Assembly (NCBI GenBank): GCA_046756925.1
Contig: JBHHXH010000003.1
Span: 1 to 62,749, forward strand
Source: Nitrospiria bacterium
GTDB lineage: Bacteria; Nitrospirota; Nitrospiria; SBBL01; JAADHI01
Direction of reading: 5' to 3'
Length of the DNA stretch: 62,749 nucleotides
Shown: in pieces, positions 56,052-62,749 of the stretch
Position numbering within the stretch: the first letter of the stretch is position 1
Layout of the letters: each line of letters begins with the position of its first letter
Made by a program: the position numbers and the translations under genes
Notes under the pieces: generated by a model
The model's input: the letters and a program-made list of their open reading frames with translations, nothing else
What the model was told of the DNA's origin: nothing
Databases searched by the model: none

Positions 56052-56666
56052 TCAAGTCCGAAATGGAAATCCGAGAAACTTCAAGAGCGCTCGGCCTTCG
56101 ACATCGTTTATGGCTGTGGTGACGATCGTAATATCCATGCCGTGAATGGCCAACACATCATCGTAATTGATTTCCGGAAAAATAAGCTGTTCCTTGATGC
56201 CCATTGCATAATTTCCATGACCATCGAAAGCCTTTTGAGAAAAACCCCGAAAATCCCGTATTCGCGGAAGTGCCGCATGGAATAAACGATCGAGAAATTC
56301 ATACATCCGCTTCCGACGAAGCGTCACCGCGCAACCGATGGCCACACCTTTGCGAAGCTTGAAACCGGCAATCGATTTCTTCGCACGCGTCACCACTGGC
56401 TTCTGTCCGCTGATCACGTTGAGTTCGTTGACAACGGCATCCAGCAATTTTACATTTGAAATCGCTTCTCCCATGCCGACATTCAAGACGACCTTCTTCA
56501 AGCGAGGCACCTGCATTTTATTCTGATAACCGAATTCCTGAATCATCTTCGGGATTACATCTTCGGCATACCGGTCCTTGATTGGTGCGACGGGAGAGCG
56601 CTTTGTCTTTTTCGTCTCCGATTTTTTGGAACTGCCTTTTGCGTCAACGCGTTTTGCCACGACCAT
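56052..56666 (-). CDS. rplE: 50S ribosomal protein L5 with a ~30-aa Lys-rich N-terminal extension
   Basis: The core begins at [18 protein letters not shown]. There is no in-frame ATG/GTG/TTG between 56666 and the core. The ATG at 56666 has GGAGG/AGGAAG upstream. Confidence 0.9.
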   Translation of the reverse strand: MVVAKRVDAKGSSKKSETKKTKRSPVAPIKDRYAEDVIPKMIQEFGYQNKMQVPRLKKVVLNVGMGEAISNVKLLDAVVNELNVISGQKPVVTRAKKSIAGFKLRKGVAIGCAVTLRRKRMYEFLDRLFHAALPRIRDFRGFSQKAFDGHGNYAMGIKEQLIFPEINYDDVLAIHGMDITIVTTAINDVEGRALLKFLGFPFRT

Positions 56667-56695
56667 ATCTTCCTACTTGCACCTCCCCAAGCGCC

Positions 56696-57040
56696 CTAAG
56701 CTTCTTTATCCAAAGCGTCTCCGCAGCGTTTGCAGATGCGCAATTTTTTTCCGTCGGGCAATATTTTTTTCCCGATACGCGTCTGTTTATTGCAACTTCG
56801 GCAAACCAACATGACATTCGATAGGTGCATTCGGCCTTCCCGCTCGACGATACCGCCCTTTGGCTGACTTTGGCTCGGTTTCACCGCGCGTTTCAGCAGG
56901 TTGAGGCTCTCGACATACACGGCCTGCTTTTTGGGGAAAACGTGCAGCACTTCTCCTTCTTTTCCCTTTTCCTTCCCCGTAATAACACGCACCAAGTCAC
57001 CTTTACGGATACGGGTTCTATATGTCGTTCGTTTCATCAT
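56696..57040 (-). CDS. rplX: 50S ribosomal protein L24 (Cys4-containing form)
   Basis: KOW motif IRKGDLVRVITGKEKGKEG. C-terminus is CRSC...CKRC. Confidence 0.94.
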   Translation of the reverse strand: MMKRTTYRTRIRKGDLVRVITGKEKGKEGEVLHVFPKKQAVYVESLNLLKRAVKPSQSQPKGGIVEREGRMHLSNVMLVCRSCNKQTRIGKKILPDGKKLRICKRCGDALDKEA

Positions 57041-57048
57041 CGATTTCT

Positions 57049-57417
57049 TTATAAAACCTCAGGCGCCAGCGATACGATTTTGGCAAACTTTTTCCAACGG
57101 AGTTCCCTTGCAACCGGACCAAAAATACGCGTTCCGATCGGCTCCCCTTGACCATCGATTAATACGGCGGCGTTACGGTCGAATTTTATATAAGAACCAT
57201 CGTCCCTTCGAACCCCTTTTGCCGTTCTCACGATGACCGCTTTGACGATCTGACCTTTTTTAACATTTCCATTCGGAATGGCCACCTTGACGGTTGCGAT
57301 CACAATGTCTCCTAAGCTCGCATACCGTCTCCGGGTCCCTCCCTTCACGTTGAAACACATCACCTTCTTCGCTCCGGAGTTATCCGCGATATCGAGCATC
57401 GTTTGGATCTGTACCAT
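57049..57417 (-). CDS. rplN: 50S ribosomal protein L14
   Basis: [22 protein letters not shown]. Confidence 0.96.
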   Translation of the reverse strand: MVQIQTMLDIADNSGAKKVMCFNVKGGTRRRYASLGDIVIATVKVAIPNGNVKKGQIVKAVIVRTAKGVRRDDGSYIKFDRNAAVLIDGQGEPIGTRIFGPVARELRWKKFAKIVSLAPEVL

Positions 57418-57425
57418 TTAAAAAA

Positions 57426-57704
57426 CTAGCTCCTTTTCTCGATCCCTTGGCCGGCGGGACGCAAGATCTCCATGACAAGCCATCGCTTCCGTGCGCTTAA
57501 AGGTCGCGTCTCGATCATCTTCACCTGATCGCCCACCCGACAGGCGTTTGCCTCGTCATGGGCCATCATCTTATGGGTTCTCCTCAGGTATTTCTTATAA
57601 CGAGGGTGTTTTACGCGACGATCAATCGCAACGACCACCGTTTTATCCATCTTGTCGCTGACAACCGTTCCGAAATATTCTTTTCTCTTCATCTTAAACG
57701 ACAT
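57426..57704 (-). CDS. rpsQ: 30S ribosomal protein S17
   Basis: [27 protein letters not shown]. Confidence 0.94.
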   Translation of the reverse strand: MSFKMKRKEYFGTVVSDKMDKTVVVAIDRRVKHPRYKKYLRRTHKMMAHDEANACRVGDQVKMIETRPLSARKRWLVMEILRPAGQGIEKRS

Positions 57705-57765
57705 CCAAAGAAAGCTTGTTCACTACCTCGCCCACCGAAAAAGTAAATGCAATGAATCCGACACC

Positions 57766-57966
57766 CTATGTTTGCTCCTTCTCTTTTTTGATCTTTAAAA
57801 AGGTTAATACCCGCGCAATTTCCCGCCGCACTTCCCGAAATCGGTTGGTGTTTTCAATATGACCGGTCGCCGCCTGAAACCGGAGATTAAACAATTCCTT
57901 ACGCAAGGCCTGTTCTTTTTCGCTGAGTTCCTCCAAAGTTGCCTCGATGGATGTTTCGGGCTTCAT
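57766..57966 (-). CDS. rpmC: 50S ribosomal protein L29
   Basis: 66 aa. [33 protein letters not shown]. Confidence 0.93.
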   Translation of the reverse strand: MKPETSIEATLEELSEKEQALRKELFNLRFQAATGHIENTNRFREVRREIARVLTFLKIKKEKEQT

Positions 57967-58380
57967 CTACAATGCACTCCGGGACACAAACTTGGTCGCG
58001 ATGGGCAGTTTATGCGAAGCAAGGCGAAAAGCCTCCTTTGCCACCTCATGATCAACGCCATCCATCTCATATAGAATACGACCCGGCTTAATCACCGCCA
58101 CCCAGTATTCCGGAGACCCCTTTCCTTTTCCCATTCGCGTCTCGGCCGGCTTTTTGGTAATCGGCTTGTCCGGAAAGATCCGAATCCAAATTTTTCCACC
58201 CCGTTTAATAAATCGGGTCATTGCAATTCGCGCGGATTCGATTTGCCGTGCCGTCATCCAACAGGGTTCAAGCGCCTTCAGGCCGTATTCGCCGAAACTC
58301 AGATCCGACCCGCGATAGGCCTTCCCCGTCATGCGCCCCTTCATCTTTTTTCTGTATTTAATCTTTTTCGGAGAAAGCAT
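57967..58380 (-). CDS. rplP: 50S ribosomal protein L16
   Basis: [16 protein letters not shown] at the internal ATG at 58380 (TAATG overlap with the rpsC stop). The track start at 58560 is an extension. Confidence 0.95.
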   Translation of the reverse strand: MLSPKKIKYRKKMKGRMTGKAYRGSDLSFGEYGLKALEPCWMTARQIESARIAMTRFIKRGGKIWIRIFPDKPITKKPAETRMGKGKGSPEYWVAVIKPGRILYEMDGVDHEVAKEAFRLASHKLPIATKFVSRSAL

Positions 58381-59054
58381 TACTTCACCCACGCCCCCGC
58401 ATTGTTCGGACCGCGATTCGACTCCATTCCAGGCAAAATCTCTCCGAGATAGATCCAGACCTTTACCCCAATCCGCCCCATTGTCGTCATCGATTCCGCC
58501 AAACCGTAATTGACATCCGCCCGCAGGGTATGCAGCGGCACCCTCCCGTCGCGATACCATTCGGTTCGCGCGATCTCAGCCCCGCCCAAACGGCCTGCGC
58601 AATAGACTTTAACCCCGAGCGCGCCCAAACGAAGCGTCGAGGCGACGGCTTTCTTCATGGCACGCCGATAAGCCACCCGTCTTTCCAACTGCAATGCGAT
58701 GTTTTCAGCGACCAATTGCGCGTCCAACTCCGGTTTTTTAATTTCCTTGATATTGATATAAATTTGGTGCTCGGTCGTCTTCTCGAGATCCGCTTTGAGC
58801 TTGTCGACTTCGGCACCCTTTCGCCCGATAATGATTCCGGGTCGAGCGGTATGGATCGACACCTTCAGCTGGGTTCCGGATCGCTCGATTTCGATACGCG
58901 AAACACCTGCGTGATACAGTTTCTTCTTGACCAGCTTTCGAATCTTCAAATCTTCGTGAAGCTGTTTGGCATAGTCTTTTTCGGCATACCACCTTGAATT
59001 CCAGGTCTTGATATACCCCAGCCGAAAACCGAATGGATGAACTTTTTGCCCCAC
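58380..59054 (-). CDS. rpsC: 30S ribosomal protein S3
   Basis: GTG at 59054 gives (M)[12 protein letters not shown], preceded by GGGAGAAGG. The track start at 59114 is an extension. Confidence 0.95.
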   Translation of the reverse strand: MGQKVHPFGFRLGYIKTWNSRWYAEKDYAKQLHEDLKIRKLVKKKLYHAGVSRIEIERSGTQLKVSIHTARPGIIIGRKGAEVDKLKADLEKTTEHQIYINIKEIKKPELDAQLVAENIALQLERRVAYRRAMKKAVASTLRLGALGVKVYCAGRLGGAEIARTEWYRDGRVPLHTLRADVNYGLAESMTTMGRIGVKVWIYLGEILPGMESNRGPNNAGAWVK

Positions 59055-59120
59055 TACCTTCTCCCTATCAATCCACCGAAGCGGTGGCGTGTACCCAGTT
59101 CCATGAAAGACCAAAACCTT

Positions 59121-59495
59121 CTATGCTGTTGTTTTCAAAGACCCTTTTGCCTCGGAAACGTCCGTTTCTCCTGTAAGAATCAGCGTAATATGGCTCGTGC
59201 GCTTCAAGATGGTATTCGCCCTTCCCATCGCGCGAGGACGCATGCGCTTCATTGTTGGACCTGCGTTCACATAAGCCTCGGTAATGCGGAGGGCATCGAC
59301 ATCTCCCATTTCCTTTTGAGTGGCGTTGGCCACGGCGGAATGAAGCACTTTATGAACCACCGCCGCGGCGCGCCTTGGGCTATACTTCAATACCGTCAGT
59401 GCTTCGTCGGCTTTTTTACCCCGAATAAGGTCGATCACCAAGCGCGCCTTTCGCGGGGTCACGCGTGCATATCGCAGCACTGCCTTCGCCTCCAT
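59121..59495 (-). CDS. rplV: 50S ribosomal protein L22
   Basis: [23 protein letters not shown]. Confidence 0.95.
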   Translation of the reverse strand: MEAKAVLRYARVTPRKARLVIDLIRGKKADEALTVLKYSPRRAAAVVHKVLHSAVANATQKEMGDVDALRITEAYVNAGPTMKRMRPRAMGRANTILKRTSHITLILTGETDVSEAKGSLKTTA

Positions 59496-59527
59496 ATTCG
59501 CAACATTCGATTCGATGAGAACGTCTC

Positions 59528-59818
59528 CTATCTAAACTTCGCCATCTTTTCTGTCTTCTTACCACCGGCATGGCCCTTAAAAACCCGTGTCGGGGCAAAC
59601 TCGCCCAATTTATGACCAACCATGTTCTCAGTGATATAGACAGGAATAAACTTCTTGCCGTTATGAATCGCGATCGTATGCCCGATCATGTCCGGTATAA
59701 TGGTCGAACGGCGCGACCAGGTCTTGATGATTTTTCGGTCATCCGTGGAGTTCATTTTAGCAATCTTTTCTGCGAGAGGGGTGTCTACAAAAGGCCCTTT
59801 TTTAATCGATCTCGGCAT
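59528..59818 (-). CDS. rpsS: 30S ribosomal protein S19
   Basis: [12 protein letters not shown] ... [23 protein letters not shown]. Confidence 0.96.
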   Translation of the reverse strand: MPRSIKKGPFVDTPLAEKIAKMNSTDDRKIIKTWSRRSTIIPDMIGHTIAIHNGKKFIPVYITENMVGHKLGEFAPTRVFKGHAGGKKTEKMAKFR

Positions 59819-59864
59819 ATGCTTTCATCTTCCGCGCGACCCGACAACAGCGGGACCGGCTTGG

Positions 59865-60692
59865 CTATTTTCTCCTCTTTTTCAATATAAACGGATCCGA
59901 CGCGCGGCGCCGTCTCGTTTTATATCCCTTTGCAAGCTGCCCCCAAGGCGAAACCGGATGAGGATTCCCCTGGCCAGCCTTTCCCTCCCCACCACCGTGG
60001 GGATGGTCGACCGGATTCATCGCGGCACCGCGCACATGGGGACGGATCCCCTTCCAACGGCTTCTCCCCGCCTTGCCGTACGATACGTTTTCGTGGTCGA
60101 GATTCCCGACCTGGCCGATGGTCGCCATACATTCGGAACGGATGAGCCGAACTTCTCCGGAAGTCAATCGCACATGCGCCCATACGCCTTCCTTCGCCAT
60201 CAGTTGCGCTGAAGAGCCGGCGCTCCTGACAAGCTGCCCCCCCTTCCCTTTCTTCAATTCGATATTATGGATGGTGCTCCCAAGAGGGATATTCAACAAA
60301 GGCAGCGCGCAACCGGCCTTGATCTCGGCATGCGGGCCGGCCATCACTTGATCCCCGACCTTTTGACCCTCCGGTGCGATAATATAGCGTTTTTCTCCAT
60401 CCGCGTAAAACAGAAGCGCGATCCTTGCAGAACGGTTCGGATCGTACTCGATGGCAGACACGGTCGCTGGAATATCCCATTTTTGTCGCTTAAAATCAAT
60501 CACGCGATAGGCGCGTTTGTGTCCCCCGCCACGGTGCCGGCTCGTCATCTTTCCGCGTTGGTTTCGGCCGCCAGATGAGTAAAGCGGACGCACAAGTCCT
60601 TTTTCGGGCCGGGTCTTGGTGATCTCGTCAAATGTCAACCCGGTCGCGGAACGGCGACCCGGCGATGTCGGCTTATGCTTCTTTATACCCAT
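59865..60692 (-). CDS. rplB: 50S ribosomal protein L2
   Basis: [20 protein letters not shown] ... [13 protein letters not shown]. Confidence 0.96.
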   Translation of the reverse strand: MGIKKHKPTSPGRRSATGLTFDEITKTRPEKGLVRPLYSSGGRNQRGKMTSRHRGGGHKRAYRVIDFKRQKWDIPATVSAIEYDPNRSARIALLFYADGEKRYIIAPEGQKVGDQVMAGPHAEIKAGCALPLLNIPLGSTIHNIELKKGKGGQLVRSAGSSAQLMAKEGVWAHVRLTSGEVRLIRSECMATIGQVGNLDHENVSYGKAGRSRWKGIRPHVRGAAMNPVDHPHGGGEGKAGQGNPHPVSPWGQLAKGYKTRRRRASDPFILKKRRK

Positions 60693-60730
60693 AAAATCAT
60701 CCGTTTTCGTCTAAACAATGCTTCATCGAA

Positions 60731-60758
60731 CGTACATCAGGTCATGACCTGATGTACG
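60731..60758. repeat. perfect 28-nt palindrome in the rplW-rplB intergenic spacer
   Basis: cgtacatcaggtca|tgacctgatgtacg is self-complementary over all 28 nt. It begins 2 nt after the rplW stop codon and lies 38 nt before the rplB ATG. Confidence 0.85.
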
Positions 60759-60759
60759 A

Positions 60760-61044
60760 CTAAGCTTCAAACAAATCAATCTTTTCACCCGCTGCCAAGG
60801 TCGCTATCGCCTTTTTCCAATCCGGACGCTTACCGACAAAACGATTTAAGCGTTTTACCTTTCCGGTCATATTCATCGTTCGGACTTTCCGAACCTTTAC
60901 ATTTAATGTTTCCTCGATGGCGTGTTTGACGGCTTTCCTGTTGGCTTCGCGCCGAACCACAAAGCACACTTTATTTTCCTGTTCCCTCAGAGAGGTGCTC
61001 TTTTCCGTCATGAGGGGGCGGATAATCAAATCATGCAGATTCAC
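60760..61044 (-). CDS. rplW: 50S ribosomal protein L23
   Basis: GTG at 61044 gives (M)NLHDLIIRPLMTEKS, preceded by GGAGGG. It overlaps the rplD end by 14 nt. Confidence 0.92.
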   Translation of the reverse strand: MNLHDLIIRPLMTEKSTSLREQENKVCFVVRREANRKAVKHAIEETLNVKVRKVRTMNMTGKVKRLNRFVGKRPDWKKAIATLAAGEKIDLFEA

Positions 61045-61672
61045 GAATCCCTCCCCATACCTCGCACAGCCTTGCAATATCGCGCTCGGAAATCAACAAG
61101 GTGTCCGAGCGAACCAAATCATATACATTGAGGTTTCGAATCTCCACCACCTTTACATTTCGGATATTCCGGGTCATTCTTTCAAAATCTTCCTCAAGCT
61201 GCGAAACCGCAATTAAAACAATGCCGCCCAAATGCAATCGGTCAAGCAGATGGACAATGGACCGGGTTTTGACATCCGAAAAGCGCCATTCCTCCAAGAC
61301 AACGAGGCGCCCCTCTTGAACCGTTGCAGAAAGGGCGGCATAGAGCGCCTTTCTCGATTTTTTTTTGGGCATGGAATAGGCATAGCTGCGGGGAGTCGGA
61401 CCGAATACCGTTCCCCCGCCTTTCCAAAGCGGCGACCGATTGGATCCCGCTCTTGCACGCCCCGTCCCTTTTTGCCGCCACGGTTTTTTTCCACCGCCCC
61501 GAACAAAGCCTTTCGATTTGGTGGATGCGGTACCCTGACGCCTTGAAGCAAGTTGCATCTTTACAACTTCATGAAGAAGAGAAAAAGAAACCGTTGCACC
61601 AAAGATCCGATCATCCAAAGTGACCGAACCCGATTTTTCGTTATGCTGATTAACGACATCAACTTCAAACAT
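61031..61672 (-). CDS. rplD: 50S ribosomal protein L4
   Basis: MFEVDVVNQHNEK...GGGKKPWRQKGTGRARAGS. ATG at 61672. Confidence 0.95.
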   Translation of the reverse strand: MFEVDVVNQHNEKSGSVTLDDRIFGATVSFSLLHEVVKMQLASRRQGTASTKSKGFVRGGGKKPWRQKGTGRARAGSNRSPLWKGGGTVFGPTPRSYAYSMPKKKSRKALYAALSATVQEGRLVVLEEWRFSDVKTRSIVHLLDRLHLGGIVLIAVSQLEEDFERMTRNIRNVKVVEIRNLNVYDLVRSDTLLISERDIARLCEVWGGIRESA

Positions 61673-61680
61673 ATTCCGAC

Positions 61681-62325
61681 TCAATCTCCTCGGCACACAC
61701 GATGCTTGATGGATTTTATTACAAGCACCAAGCCGTTTCGACTGCCCGGGACGGCGCCCTTTACCAGCAAAAGATTTTGGTCCGGACGAACTTCAACAAC
61801 TTCCAAGCCCTGCACCGTTACGCGTTTATTTCCCATCTGACCCGGCATCCGCATATTTTTAAACACGTGGGAGGGATAGGCGCTTTGTCCAATCGATCCG
61901 GGCGCCCGATGAAAATTCGAACCATGAGATGCAGGCCCGCCCGAAAAGTGGTGTCGTTTCATGACACCCTGAAAACCCTTGCCCTTCGAAATCCCTCTGA
62001 CATCGACAAAATCCCCTTTTTGAAAAATCTCCGCCGTGACGGTTTGCCCCACCGAAATCTCCTCGGAATCGGATTGAAATTCCCTCAAATAGCGCGCAGT
62101 GGATACACCCGCTTTTTTATAATGGCCCAACACCGGTTTTGTCGCATGCTTTTCTTTCAGTGCTTCAAAAGACACTTGCACGCTCCGATAGCCCTCTTTC
62201 TCGATCGACTTTAATTGAACAACCGTGCAAGGCCCCACCTCCAAAACAGTCACAGGAACGAGGTCTCCGCCTTCCGCAAAAACCTGCGTCATTCCCAATT
62301 TTGTTCCGATCAAACCGCTTAACAT
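61681..62325 (-). CDS. rplC: 50S ribosomal protein L3
   Basis: [16 protein letters not shown] from the ATG at 62325. The track's TTG at 62334 is the alternative start. Confidence 0.94.
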   Translation of the reverse strand: MLSGLIGTKLGMTQVFAEGGDLVPVTVLEVGPCTVVQLKSIEKEGYRSVQVSFEALKEKHATKPVLGHYKKAGVSTARYLREFQSDSEEISVGQTVTAEIFQKGDFVDVRGISKGKGFQGVMKRHHFSGGPASHGSNFHRAPGSIGQSAYPSHVFKNMRMPGQMGNKRVTVQGLEVVEVRPDQNLLLVKGAVPGSRNGLVLVIKSIKHRVCRGD

Positions 62326-62338
62326 GCGTGACAAATCC

Positions 62339-62644
62339 CTATAATTTAATTTCGACGTTGACGCCCGCCGAAAGATTCAGTTTCATCAAAGCATCGACCG
62401 TTTCCGGGGTCGGCTCCAATATATCAATAAGGCGCTTGTGGGTTCGAATTTCAAATTGCTCCCGAGATTTTTTATCCACATGGGGAGATTTCAAAACCGT
62501 GTACTTGCTAATCCGCGTCGGCAAGGGAATCGGCCCCGACACCTTTGCGCCGGTTCGAACAACCGTATCGACAATTTCACCCACCGACTGGTCCAGCAGG
62601 CGATAATCGTAGCCCTTTAGTCTGATTCTAATTTTTTGACTCAC
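62339..62644 (-). CDS. rpsJ: 30S ribosomal protein S10
   Basis: [18 protein letters not shown]...[18 protein letters not shown] start. Confidence 0.95.
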   Translation of the reverse strand: MSQKIRIRLKGYDYRLLDQSVGEIVDTVVRTGAKVSGPIPLPTRISKYTVLKSPHVDKKSREQFEIRTHKRLIDILEPTPETVDALMKLNLSAGVNVEIKL

Positions 62645-62699
62645 TGAAGGTAACCGCCGTTTTTCATAGCCATTTTAAAAACCGGTTTCGCCGGCATCT

Positions 62700-62749
62700 C
62701 TATTTAATCACCTCTGTGATCACGCCGGCGCCGACGGTACGACCGCCTT
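62700..62749 (-). CDS. tuf: elongation factor Tu, last 16 codons (partial, runs off the right edge)
   Basis: The minus strand translates to GGRTVGAGVITEVIK followed by TAG. It sits in the canonical position upstream of rpsJ. Confidence 0.85.
   Translation of the reverse strand, partial: GGRTVGAGVITEVIK

Noticed and set aside
62645-62699. Small hairpin gCCGGcgaaaCCGGttttt after tuf, upstream of rpsJ
   Set aside because: It has only a 4-bp stem. It could be a weak tuf terminator, but it is too marginal to call.
1-62749. Scan for CRISPR arrays, tRNAs, transposases, integrases and long direct repeats
   Set aside because: By eye I saw no regularly spaced repeats, no GGTTCGAATCC-type T-arms, and no transposase or integrase motifs. 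A computational scan (tRNAscan-SE, CRISPR finders, ISfinder) would be needed to be certain.

Overview
62.7-kb chromosomal window from a flagellated diderm bacterium (L-ring and P-ring genes are present). GC looks roughly 50-55% by eye (not computed). All confident genes except pyrE, the HD-GYP gene and msrAB are on the minus strand. All family calls below are by-eye motif recognition; no searches were run.

Layout, left to right:
- 1-526: 5' end of a 16S rRNA gene.
- 0.7-3.8 kb: housekeeping genes tyrS, comEA-like, gcvH, pyrE.
- 3.8-4.5 kb: about 620 bp with no convincing gene.
- 4.5-6.4 kb: small membrane protein, Cys-rich protein, and a stand-alone HD-GYP protein.
- 6.4-11.2 kb: late flagellar block fliT-like, fliS, fliD, flaG, fliC. 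fliC has a good sigma-28 promoter match.
- 11.3-28.9 kb: a 16-gene, about 17.5-kb, tightly coupled flagellin glycosylation operon. It has a pseudaminic-acid core (pseB, pseC, fused pseG/pseH, pseI), an acetamidino module (amidotransferase, HisH-like, HisF-like), several tailoring genes, and uncharacterised genes.
- 29.0-38.4 kb: flgFGAHI, flgJ-like, flgM, flgN, flgK, flgL, csrA, fliW. A sigma-54-like promoter sits upstream of flgF.
- 38.6-44.8 kb: msrAB, then a small AT-rich islet, a Kelch protein, a DUF4160/DUF2442 pair, ilvD, bioB, and a doubly frameshifted ParE-type toxin-antitoxin remnant.
- 44.9-46.7 kb: recQ.
- 47.0-62.7 kb: complete alpha/spc/S10 ribosomal-protein cluster from rplQ to rpsJ, plus the 3' end of tuf. 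It includes rpmJ, which is missing from the ORF track.

The most interesting candidate for something undescribed is the distal end of the glycosylation operon (11.3-15.1 kb). It encodes a TPR protein and two unassigned glycosyltransferase-like proteins directly upstream of fliC, and I recognise no Maf-type transferase in the window. Unassigned or atypical tailoring genes inside the same operon are also of interest.

I saw no CRISPR array, tRNA or intact mobile element. Coordinates of non-ORF features are read by eye and may be off by 1-2 nt.
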